Of a stretch of DNA of 64,000 nucleotides, positions 32,656 through 51,792 are shown one piece after another. Position numbers and translations under genes: made by a program. Below the pieces are notes generated by a model that saw only the letters and a list, made by a program, of their open reading frames with translations, was not told the origin of the DNA and ran no database searches. The number at the start of each line of letters is the position of its first letter. Within the stretch, counting starts at the first letter, position 1. The stretch is taken from contig MCFH01000003.1 of assembly GCA_002104945.1 (NCBI GenBank), positions 186,001-250,000 on the forward strand, given 5' to 3'. Origin of the DNA: Piromyces finnis finn. Lineage: Eukaryota > Fungi > Neocallimastigomycota.

Positions 32656-34341
32656 ATGAAAAAATTAAATATTATTAAAGGAATATTTGTAAAGAAAAAA
32701 TTAGTATGGTGTTGTTCTTTTTTTTTCATTCTATTTATGGTTAAACTTTATAAATCAAGAGAATATTTTCTTTATTCATTTAATGAACAAACAAAGGATC
32801 ATAATCATGATGATGTTGTTGATAGTTTAAGCGTAGGAAATGAGGATGATTTATCTTTCTATAATAATAATGATCATCCTCATTATCATGGAAATACTAA
32901 TTCAACATTGATAAATTTGTTTTTAGGGGATAATGAAGCAAGTTATTATGATGATGTAGAAAAATCAATTCAACAATTTTTTTTATATTCTGTTCAACAT
33001 CCCTTGAAATCAGAACAATTTGTAGAGTTACGCCAAAGAGTAGAACTTCATACAAAATTATGGTATTCCATTTTTGGAAAGTATCCAGCAAAATCAAATT
33101 TTACTTTTTCTTCTTCTTCTTCCTCACTTCAACAACAACAACAATTACAACAGGAACAATATCATTATAAACAAAATTTAATAAAAGCCACTCAATTTTT
33201 ATCTCTAAATTGGAAAAAAAAGTCTTCTTCCTTAACAGGAAATCAAAAATTATTAGCCATGCTTCATGAATCCTTGTATTCATGGCTATATGGATTTCAA
33301 TATTCTTCTCTTAGTGATATTTTGAAGACTTCTCAAGGGAAAGGTATTGTCATTTGTTCTGGTGATAGGTATTTCAAGTATGTTAAAAGTACAATCATAA
33401 CATTACGTACTCTTCTTCATTGTCAACTTCCCATAGAAATTATTTTTATGGGAGACGAGGATCTTTCTCTTTCCAATCGAAAACAGTTAGAAGGCTGGGG
33501 TCCCATTTATTTTACCGATATATCGAATACTTTTAAAAATAGTATTGTTGGTATTGAAGGATGGGCAATTAAACCATTTGCGTTAATAGCTTCACGTTTT
33601 GAAGAAATTATTTTAATGGATGCTGATGTTACCTACATACGAAATCCCGAAATCCTATTTGAAGAAGAAGGGTATAAAGCAACCGGTACCTTTTTTTTTA
33701 AAGATCGTACATTAAATCAAGGTCAACATACCGGTGTAAAATGGTTAAAAACATGGATGGTAGATCCTCTTCCACCCACTAAAGAATCTCGTTTTTGGAA
33801 GGAAATGAGTGAACATGAAATGGATTCCAGTACCGTTGTTGTTCATAAAACTAGAGCTCTTTTAGGATTATTAGCTGTTTGTAAATTTAATGAATATCAT
33901 ACGCGTTATGATGTGGTCTATCGAAAAGTTTTAGGGGATAAGGAAACGTTTTGGATGGGATTTGATATGGCTCGTCAACCCTATCATATGAATCGTCAAC
34001 CAAGTTTATTTATTGGTGAACTTGATGGCAAAGAGGATACTGCCAAAGAATTATGTGGTCATGTTGGTCATTTAACCGGTGATGGAAAATTACTTTACTG
34101 GAATGGCCATTTGGTAAAGGATAAATCTATTAGTTTATACGCCATTCAACTTCTTCAATTCGACGCCTATGTTTTAGATAATGGTTATGAAAAGAAATGG
34201 TCATTAGATCTTACCTGTCTTTCTCTTAATAATGAAAAATATACCCAACTTCATTCAGAGGATAAAAAAATTATTGATAAAATTTTGGAAGAAGAAAAAA
34301 AATTTCATTATGTTGCTGAACCTATCAAAACTAGAGAATAA
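32656..34341 (+). CDS. GT71 alpha-mannosyltransferase (MNN1/MNT/Mannosyl_trans3 family), type II membrane protein, single exon
   Basis: N-terminal TM (LVWCCSFFFILFMVKLY), GKGIVICSG, LHCQLPIEI, GWAIKPFALIASRFEEIILMDAD (DxD), TGTFFFKDR, HEMDSSTVV and GDKETFW are hallmark GT71 motifs. Confidence 0.9.
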   Translation: MKKLNIIKGIFVKKKLVWCCSFFFILFMVKLYKSREYFLYSFNEQTKDHNHDDVVDSLSVGNEDDLSFYNNNDHPHYHGNTNSTLINLFLGDNEASYYDDVEKSIQQFFLYSVQHPLKSEQFVELRQRVELHTKLWYSIFGKYPAKSNFTFSSSSSSLQQQQQLQQEQYHYKQNLIKATQFLSLNWKKKSSSLTGNQKLLAMLHESLYSWLYGFQYSSLSDILKTSQGKGIVICSGDRYFKYVKSTIITLRTLLHCQLPIEIIFMGDEDLSLSNRKQLEGWGPIYFTDISNTFKNSIVGIEGWAIKPFALIASRFEEIILMDADVTYIRNPEILFEEEGYKATGTFFFKDRTLNQGQHTGVKWLKTWMVDPLPPTKESRFWKEMSEHEMDSSTVVVHKTRALLGLLAVCKFNEYHTRYDVVYRKVLGDKETFWMGFDMARQPYHMNRQPSLFIGELDGKEDTAKELCGHVGHLTGDGKLLYWNGHLVKDKSISLYAIQLLQFDAYVLDNGYEKKWSLDLTCLSLNNEKYTQLHSEDKKIIDKILEEEKKFHYVAEPIKTRE

Positions 34342-35145
34342 TTCGGGAAAGAAAGAAAGAAAGAAAAGAAAAAAAAAAAGTAAAATAATGAAATATTAAT
34401 TCATTTAATAATTTAAATATATAAAAGATAAATATATCCTATCCAATATCTTGGAATTTATTTTTATATAATAGCTTATTTTATTTTGTAAATTTATACA
34501 TATCATCTTTTATATCCCATTTTCTTATATACCTTTTTTTTTTTTTCAGCTTTTTTGACTATCCATAATTTCATGATTTTTTTTTTATTAATTTAATAAA
34601 ACTTTTCAGTCATCCTTCATTACTTTACTCTTTTTTTATACTTTTTTTTTTTTTCTTTCTTTAATAAAAATTAAATAGAAGGACAATAAATAGATATTGT
34701 TATTCTATTTTTTTATATATATATATTCTTTTTTTTATTTTTTATTTTTTTGATAAAAATTATAATCATTATCCTAAAGTTGTATTAAAAAATATAAAAA
34801 TATATAAACTAAATCCAATAAAATAATTTTTAATTGAAAAAAAAAATATATATATATATATACTTTTTCAACTTTTTTTTTTTTTGTAATCATCATTCAT
34901 TCTTTATTAAAAAACGAAAAAAAAAGGGCTTTATTTTAGTTGCTATTTATATCAACATTTTCCCATAAATTAAATTTGTTTTTTTTTTGTTTTGTTTATA
35001 TTAAAATGGATGGCTTTCAAGTAAACTTCTAAATTTTATTTTTTACTAAAAAATGAAAGGCTTTAAATTATATATATTTATATATATAAAAAAAGGTTCT
35101 TTTTATTTAATTATAATTTTTAATTCATTCATTTTTATTATTTTT

Positions 35146-35183
<38 letters not shown>

Positions 35184-35862
35184 GTGTTCATTAATAAAAA
35201 ATAAAAAAAGAAATATTTACATTTTTTATAATATAAATATTAAACTAGAAAAAAGTATAAACTATGTTTGCTGTTTGTATTAATATAAATAAAATAAAAA
35301 TAAAAAAAAAAAAAAAAAACAATATTTATATATATTTAAATTATTAAATGAAAAAAAAAAAAAAAAAGGAAAAGAAATGAAAAGAAATAAATATAAAAAA
35401 AAAAAAGTTGAAAAAAAGAAAATTATTACAATAAATTATTATAAATAATAAAATGTATTATGTATATATAAAATTTGAAAAAATTCATTGCATTATTTTC
35501 ACAAACCATATGTTTTAGATGGAGATGAGGTAGGTGAAGGAAATGTTGGAGTAAATCATATATATATTTGAAAAATTCTATAAATTATTCTTTTTTCTTT
35601 TCTTTTTTTTTTTTTTTTTTTTTTCAATCTTTTTCTTCTTTAAACTTTACTATATAAAGATTGTATAATCTTTTTAAAAATAAAATTATATTTACTTTTC
35701 GGTAAATACTAATTATAACTAATATTAATATTAATAATAGTTATAAGAATGTATAACTATAAAAAAAAAAAGAATAGTATGACACAAAAGAGGAAATAAA
35801 ATATTGATTTCCACATTTTTTTTTTTCAAAATATTTAAAATAATGAAAAAAAAAAATTTTTT

Positions 35863-37782
35863 TTAACTAAGAGATGTACACTTCATAACATTGGATTTTA
35901 ATTCTTCTAAAATGTTGGATGGATAAGCTTCTGGATCATTATCTTCAAATAATGGACAATAACTATTGGTGATTTTTGATTTGGAACAATAACTATTTTT
36001 AGCTTCATCGTTGGTAACGGTAAGGAATTGATGAAGGTGATTTAAACGATCATTTAAATTTTGTGTAGAACTATTAACAAATAAAATATTTCTTTTACTA
36101 TTTCTATAGGCAGCACTATCGGCGATTTCTAAAATGTATTCGTATTTACCGACTCTAATATTCTTTGGTAATTGAAGGTAGGTACAAATACTAAAGTATT
36201 CTCCTGCCTTCCAAGAAGTGGCTTTAATTGGAATACGTTTAGTACATTGCATGTTATCACCCTTTAAAATAATTTTTGCGTATTTGTAATCAAATGGAGC
36301 AGAGAAACCGTTGTTATAACCTTCAGCATGGAAAGTAATGATAGAATTAGCAGAACTTTCGGTAGTGGCAATTAAATGGGAAAGCTTAAGTTGATAACCT
36401 AAACGTTCAGAAATTTCTTGATAACAACCATCTTCTTTCCATAAATTCAAAACACTTTCATTGTATTCAGAGTTAAGGGAAGAAAAGTGCATTCTTTCCA
36501 TTTCTTTAACAGCAGAATTACAATTAGTACGGGTCTTATAATTACGACAAGTTTCACCAACAATTGGAACCTTTCTAGTATCCTTTTTGACATAGTTATA
36601 TTCATCATCATTTTCAAATGTACCAACATCATCATCAGAAGAAAGGAAACAATCATTAAAGTAACCTAAACGGTTACGATTCTTTTCATCTACAATATCA
36701 CCAGTATCTAAGATACCAGAATTTAAAAAGTTTATTTTAATTTCTGGAGTACGAACTAAAACTACAGTATCTGGTGAAGTATTTAATAAAACAGTCTTTA
36801 TAACTTCATATCTATTTCTCCATTGTTGAGCATTAATTTTACCGTGATCACCAAAATCTTCATTAGTGTAATAACCTTCACCTATTTTTTTCATGCGAAA
36901 ATACCCATATGATTTAATTGATTTATTTGATTATGGATTTAATAAAATATATATAAAAGATTTTTAAATAAAAATAATAAATATTATTAATAAAAATGAA
37001 ATGATGGAATTGGATTTAGTAAAATAAGGAAGAGTAAAATCATAGATAGAAGATAATGAAATAACATAATAAATTATAACACTATTACTACTACTATTCA
37101 TTATCACCATTTATTATTATTACGTTACGTTAACTTACCATAAGTACCAATATAACCAATTTGAAGAGCGAAAATATTTTTTGCATTAGCAGTCATTACG
37201 CCCTTCATATCTTTAATATGTTGTTTTACAACAGATAAACGAGCATCTGGGTCATCCTTGGTATAACTGTAGTAAATACGAATAATTAATTGCATACCAA
37301 CACTTTCAACTAAATCGAAATCATCTTGTAACTTTTCTAAAAAGTCGGAAGAAACGTGTGAAGAGTTTCTTAAAGTATCTAAACAATAAGCTCTGTATAA
37401 AACAGTAGTACCTCTTTGAACAAGTTTTTGTAAATGAGATTTTGTTAAAGGACTAAATTTTGAGAGACGAGTAATTTGAGTAGTGTAAAAACCTCTCTAT
37501 TTACATTTAATTTTATATTTGAATAAAATAAAAAAAAAAGTTAATATTTTAATTATTATTATTAGTATTGCTATCCCCTATTATTTTCATTTATTGAAAA
37601 ATTATAAAATTTAGACTATTTATAATAAAAAAAAATAAAAAATTTACATTTGGATTGGGTATATTTTTGTTGTAACTTTGAGCATATTCCTTATATTGAC
37701 ATATAGCACATACTTTATATACAATAACATTAATTATAGTAAATAATAAAAGTTTTGAAATATTCTTTTTTATTAGAACCAT
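35863..37782 (-). CDS. Secreted DUF4874 + DUF4832 domain protein (putative glycoside-hydrolase-like), ~503 aa. Exons 37782-37648, 37496-37139, 36881-35863
   Basis: Signal-peptide-like N-terminus. Splicing recreates NPNRGFY (cf. NPERGFY) and QIGYIGTYGEGYYT (cf. GFIGxWGEWYYT). Also VRTP, RLGYFNDCFLSSDDDVGTF, PIVGETC, SSLNSEYN and ERLGYQL, which I recognise as DUF4874/4832 motifs. Confidence 0.8.
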
Positions 37783-39249
37783 TTTGTTTTATTATAAATA
37801 TATATTATAAATTCAATATTAAAATGGAAATTTATTGATTTATTGGTATTATTGAATTAATAAAGTCATTCAATTAAAAAAAGTCTATATTTTTGTTTTC
37901 TATCTAGCTGTTTTTTGCTTTTTCTTCCTTTAAAGAAAGGGTAATGAATGTCAAATAAAGTGAACTTTATATATAAAAAAAATAATAGTTATTATTTTTA
38001 AATTCTTTTTTTTCTTAACAATGTAACTATTCTTTTTTTTTTTTTTTAATAAAAAATATAAAAATACAGTAAAAAGATGTTTTATAAACAAAAAAGTTGC
38101 TTTTTTTTGTTTTCTAATATTTTGTAATTAAAAAAAAAAAAAAAAAGAATACGATGACTTTTGAAATAAAAAGTTAACTTTTTTTTAACACGAACAAAAG
38201 AAAAAAAAGAAAAAATGAAAAATTGAAAAATTTTTTTCTTTTTTTTTTAATATATTAAACATTAAATGAATTTTAAATTTTAATAAATATGAAAATAAAA
38301 AATCACATTTTTTTCTATTTATTAAAATTATAATTGATATTTTATATATATAACAAATATATTACAATATATGTTAAAAATAAATTAATATATATTTAAC
38401 ATTATATTAAATATATAATTAATTTAAGTAATTTTATTTTTAATAAAAAGAAAATAAACATTTTTTTTACATATAAGAATTGAACATTTTCTTGTGCAAC
38501 TCTAATTCTATTTAATTTAAATAATATTTCAATATATTATATTTAATATTAATAATTAATTAAATAATTTATTTGAACGGTAAATAACTATAAATGGAAA
38601 TAAATTAAATTATGGTGACATTAAAAAATTGACAAGAATAATAAAGAAAGAAAAAATGGTTGAATTATTTAAAATGATATTTTTATAAAAAAGTGTTAAT
38701 ATGATGATAGTAATGCTTAATAATGCACAGCAGTAGGTAATAGTATTTTGTAATACATAGTGTTATATAGTATTAGGTAGTAAGAAAATATAATATGTAA
38801 TTTATAATACTTTAAAAAAAAATAAATATTAAAAAGAAAGAAATAAATAGATCTTAAACTCTATTTTTTTAAAAAAAAAAACTTTGATCCTTAGATTCCT
38901 TTGTTATAAATGTAACCTTTTGACATATATTATAATATAATGTAATATATATGTTATTTATATATACAATAAAAGATGAATTTCCATTGATGATGAATAA
39001 TATTTTTATATTGGTGTAACATAATTTTAATTTCAAATTTATTCGTATTATAAAATAATAATTCATTTATATATTAAAATAAATTAAAAACAATATATTT
39101 AATATATAATGGTTATATTAAACTAATAAAGAAAAATGATTATAAAGTAACCAATGAAATTAAAGTAAATGAAATTAAACCTTTTAAAATTTTTAATTAA
39201 AAATATTAATGGATGAATTTATGAATCGAAGGTAATAAATTAAATTTGC

Positions 39250-42200
39250 GGTCTATTTTAAATGATTAAAAATTTACCGCTACTACAAAATTCAAGGAAA
39301 TTAGGAAAAAAAAATGAAACCAGAAAAAGCGTCTAAATGTTGTTTTTCTATTATTATTATTATTAATTATTAGTATTATTAATATTAGTAGTAGTATTAG
39401 TATTAGTATTAGTATTAGTATTAGTATTAGTATTAGTATTAGTATTAGTATTAGTATTAGTATTAGTATTAGTATTAGTATTAGTATTAGTATTAGTATT
39501 AGTATTAGTATTAGTATTAGTATTAGTATTAGTATTAGTATTATGATTATGATTATAAGATTCATATACATTTTTTACGCATTTGATCATAGTAAAAAAG
39601 GCATAAAAGAATGTTAAAAAGTTATGAAGGATAGAATAATCTGAAGGATACTTTTTTATTTAAATAATAATTATTCTTTTTAGTAAATATATATTTTTGT
39701 ATTTATTGATAATAATAATAATAATTATAATATTTAATAATTAATAAATATTAATAAAGAATAATAATATTATTATAGAATAGTTAATAGATATTAAGTA
39801 TGATTATTAAATATTATAATTATTATTATTAAATATGATGAATAAATATTGTTATTAATTATAATTATGTTATCTTTTATAGTTGAATTTTTTTTATATC
39901 CTTTTATTTTTATATATATAAAAGAATAGTAATTATTGTAATTAATTCATTATTGATAGTAAACTTAAGAGTTTAATAAAAAAAAAAGGTTTTTATTATC
40001 ACTATTATTATTATTATATAAAAAAAGATTATATTGTAATATCAAGTAGTATTGATTGTTAATTGATTGCTTTATTGTTACTAGGTTAAAGAGGTTGCTA
40101 TGCTCTTGTAACCAGAAATTTTTATAAAGAATTTTCTGGTTAAAAATGTTCTGAGGAGTGGTTGGAATTTTTGGTATAAAAAAAGTAAACAAAAATTACC
40201 ATATTTGGAAGGTATACAAAAATGATTATGTAATGATGATACACCATTTTTAATATAAGAAAATGAACATTTTTGGTAATTTCTTTTTTTTTAAAAGTAA
40301 AAAAAAAACCAACATTTAATGGATCGTACAACATGTAATGTAATAAAAGGTTGAATAAGAAATATCTAGGTATTATTAATAATAATAAAAAAAAATAATG
40401 TTTTATAACTTTTATATTTAACTATTATAAATTGCTTTTAAACCTTTTTTTTTTTTAATACCCTATAAATTTGATTCCATTATCTAATACTATCTAATCA
40501 ACCAATAAAATTCAACAAAATTGTATTTGTAGTAATGATACATATACAACAATGTAAATAATACATTAATATTGTACAATTTAAATTATTGTAATATAAA
40601 TAGTTTATACAAAAAAAAAAGAAAATCATGTGATATCATCATTTTCTATGTTTTTTTGTTGTACATAAAAAAATACAGAAATTAAATGGTGTAAATTTTA
40701 AAAATGAATTTAATATAAAGAAAAGGAATGACAATATTTAATGATGATATTTCAAATAATGATAGGCATATTCGTATTGCAATATGATATGATATACCAT
40801 ATTTATATAATATTTAATATCATTTTGTCTAAATGATAAATATGCAGAATGATAATGGTAATGGGTAGTAGGATGATAATATGAATGAAATTTAGTTAAT
40901 ATAATAAAAAGGTGCTGCTGGATTATTATTCATTAACTATAATTAAATGTAATTAGACCACGAAAATACTAAAATCAATAGGTTTCAATAGGTATACTTT
41001 ATAAAAAGAATAATTATGGTTTTTAATTAAGAATTACTAATAAATGGTAGAAGAAAGAAATAATTATATGAAATTGGTAATGCTTAAAAATATAGCAAAA
41101 TATCATTATTAATAAAATGTATATCTTTTTTTTTTTATTACTATTGTTTATTATTATTGTATTAATAGAAACAATATATATATATAAGTATTATTGTGTT
41201 TTTAAATATTTATTGATGCATATTTATACTTGATTTGTAATGTTTATTATTGCCTATCTTTATATGCTAACAATATCTTTTAATATTAATATTTTAATAG
41301 TTTCCATTAAAATATTAATATTTTCATTTTAAAATATTATGTTTTAAAATGAAAATAAAAAAAAAAAAAAGGTATTGTTAAGATTTCATAATAAGAAATG
41401 GGTTGATAAATGGGGTTGATATATTGATATATATTGTTTTTAAACTATCAACGTAATATTGAATAACTTTAAATTGTATTTGTTTGGCGAATTAAAAATA
41501 CAATTAAGAGAATTATTCATTATTAATTTCGATAGAATAAAAGTAAAAAAAAAAAGTTTAACTAATTTTTTCATTTGTATTTATTGTGAGGATGAAAAAA
41601 AAGGCATTTTGATATATTCATTATTGATATATTATTCTTTTTTTTTTTTTTTTTTTTCTTTTTATTACAAAATGAAATATATATAATAAATGATAAATAT
41701 TAATTTGAGAAAGAAGAATTCTTTATTATTTTAATTTGTTTTGTAAATGTGTTAACATTTTTATACTTTATACTCATATTAAAAAAAAAATATACTTTTT
41801 ATTTAAAAAAAAAAACAAAAAAAAGTAATAAGAATAATAATTTATAATCAAAATATATTTATATAATAATCTACAGTTTTTACTATTTTTTATATTTTAT
41901 TTTTAAATAATAATTCTTATCCTACATCTTTTAATATAGATATTTATTTTTTTTTTAAATTTAGGTGCAATGGTAGTAATGTTGCGAATGAAATATAAAT
42001 GTGATTACATTTACATTTAGTTATAATGGATTATAAAAAGTATACATCCAATTATCTCAAAAATTATCGAATAATTAATGTAGACATAGGCCATAATCAA
42101 ATGGATCTTAATGTAGGATTAAAAGTTAATAATTTAATAAAATCATTTAACAGATAGATAATGATAAGGATGTGCATTCTACAATACAAAAAATAAAAAT

Positions 42201-42300
42201 ACATTTTTACATGACATTTGCATTTATATTTCAAATAAATTATTTCATTAGAACTAAGAGAGGAGGAGAGAATTTCCAAATAGTTTATTATGGACTGTTT
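39250..42300 (-). pseudogene. Possible decayed or frameshifted multi-exon gene (membrane-protein-like fragments)
   Basis: Patches of higher-complexity sequence give protein-like minus-strand fragments broken by stops, e.g. QKCSFSYIKNGVSSLHNHFCIPSKYGNFCLLFLYQKFQPLLRTFLTRK (~40050-40270) and KYGISYHIAIRICLSLFEISSLNIVIPFLYIKF (~40700-40810). No family recognised. Confidence 0.25.
39350..39556 (-). repeat. (AATACT)n / (AAT)n microsatellite
   Basis: Directly visible as (AGTATT)n on the + strand. Confidence 0.95.
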
Positions 42301-43925
42301 AATAGTATAGTTATAAAGTATACAATATGAACAATCTTACATTAATTAGAAAATCTATTTTAATTTTCATTCTTAATAATATTAAAATGTTTTACTTGAT
42401 AATAAAATATAAAAAAAAAAGTAAATAAGTAGTGCAATTCTTTAACTATTATACAAAAAAAAAAAAAAAAGATAAAAAAGTAATCAAGTGTTTTACAATT
42501 CTTTATGTTGTATAACACTTGAAAAAAGTTTTTTTTAAAACTATATTTCTATATTTCATTATTAATATAATAATTATAATTATACTTATTAAATAATTGG
42601 TATAATTAAGGCTTAAAAATTTTTCCAAAAGGATTATTTTATATAATCCAAAGCTATATAAATAAGAATGGAATAGAATATCCTTTTTAATTTTTTTTTT
42701 AACCTTTATTTTTTTATAATCCATTAAAACAAATTTTATTTCATAATTTTATTTATTATATAACTATTTAACTTTTATTAATGATTTTATGATATAAAAA
42801 AGAATATTACAATATAAGATTTTTAAAAGTCCGTAGGCAAATATATGTAAAAAAAAAAGTAAAAGTTCAATGCATTAAAAGGTTACTCAAAAAATGAATA
42901 TATATATAAAAAAAGGTGAAAACATTTAAATTTAAAATTGATTAATGAATTTTTATTTTTTTTTTAAAAAATATTTTCCATTTTCTTTTTACTTTTTACT
43001 TTTTTTCTATTTTATTTTTTATAGTTAAAACCCTTTTTTTTTCTTTTGCTTCTTCTTCTTACTTTTAACACACCAACACATACATACACCAACAACATTT
43101 TCTTTATTTTTTATATTCATTTAAATTTTGGAATATTATTTTTAATTAATTTTAATATTTAATTAAAAAAAAAAAAAAACATTTAATTAAATTTTTTTAA
43201 AAAAAAAAAATAAAAATAAAAATATAATAAAGAAAGAAAAAAAAAAAAAGTAAAATAAAATAAAAAAAAGTCTTTTTTTTTTTTTTAAAAAACTTATTCT
43301 ATAATTTAAGTTATTTATATTTTCAAAAGTTTTATTTGTTGACTTATTAATTAGAATTTTAAAAACATTCTATTTATAATAATTAAAAAAAAAACCAAAA
43401 GAAAAAAAGTAATATTTTAATTATTATCACTTTTTATTCTTCTCTTAATTTAAAGTAAATTTAAATAATAAAATAATAGATAATTAGCATTAAAGTAAAT
43501 AAAGATTACTATTATCTTTTTTTTTTTAAAAGTTTAAAAAAAATTGGCTGGATTAATTATAAATATTTTAAAATTAATTAAAAAAAAAAAAAATCCAAAA
43601 TTTGATTTTTTACTTGATAAAATTAAGGTAAATGAAAAAATAAAAAAAAAAAAAACTTTATAATATAAAAAAAATAATTAAAAAAATAATAAAGAAAGAA
43701 AGAAATAATATACATAATATATATATTTAAAAAAAAAGAAGGAAACACGTACTAACTTTTAAAAAATTAATATATTATAATTTTAATTTTTTTTTTTTTT
43801 ATTTTTTTAAAAAAAAGAAATATATTGAAATAATAACTTTTTTTTTTTTATTAAATTTTAGCTATTGATTGTTCCTTATTTTTCATTTCATTTGAATAAA
43901 TAAATAAAAAAAAGTTATTATTGTT

Positions 43926-50812
<6,887 letters not shown>

Positions 50813-51792
50813 AAAAAAAAAAAGGAGGGGTGAGGGATAATTAGGATGAATTTAACCCTCAGGTGACAATACCTTTTTAAATACATCAAAAAAGAAAGAA
50901 AAAATTAACTAAAAGAAAAGAAAGTCATCCCTACCTTTATTGTTAGTATATATTATTATATACATTATCTAGGATGTATAAAAAAATTATATATAATACA
51001 TATTTTATTACTTTAAAAGAAAAAAAAAATAATGATTAACAATAATCTTATTATTACAAAGTTTAATTTACTCACCAACATGAATTATTTTTATATAAAA
51101 TAAAATAAAATAAAAAAAAAAAAGATGGTAATTTTTTTTTTTTTATTCTTATTTTTTATTTATTTATATATATATTATATAAATATAAATATTTTTTTAT
51201 TTAAATATTAACCCAATGTAAGATGAAATGATACTTTAGTATTATAAAAACAATCATATATAACCTTTATTATCATCTTATTTTTAATCTATTAATAGTA
51301 GTAATACCATAAATATGAATAATACAATACATTATAATAAATTATATATATATATTTTTACTTTGAAATCATTTAAAATATTTTAATTAAAATAAAAAAA
51401 AAATATCATCAATAATTAAAAATAAAAAAAAAAAAAATATTTATTTCTATTTTAAAATCCGTGTCCTTTTCTTTTTATATATTAATATACTCAATTTATA
51501 TATAATTCATAAACTCTTTTATAATTCTTTCATTTTATCGATATAATATACAACATACTCTTTAAACCTATTTTTACTCTATACTCTTGTAAATTCTTTC
51601 ATTTATATATATATATATCAATACACAATATACACTTATTTTTCTTTCATTTCATAGATAAAATACAATATACATAATATTATTATTATTGTAATTCTTT
51701 TATTTATTTATAATATACCATATACACACACCTGTAGTTTATATACAATATAATAGTATAATTTTTTTTTTTGTTAATAAGGATAATTTATA

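Noticed and set aside
27700-35800. Possible chimeric block from another fungus (Mucorales-like Gfo and GT71 genes, dense homopolymers)
   Set aside because: No junction or compositional break is visible, and the intron and codon style matches the neighbours. It cannot be fully excluded without read mapping.
40720-41060. + strand frame that would be long if TAA/TAG encoded Gln (alternative genetic code)
   Set aside because: All confident genes in the window end at TAA, TAG or TGA and have no internal stops. Such stops are expected by chance at this AT content, and the frame also contains TGA.
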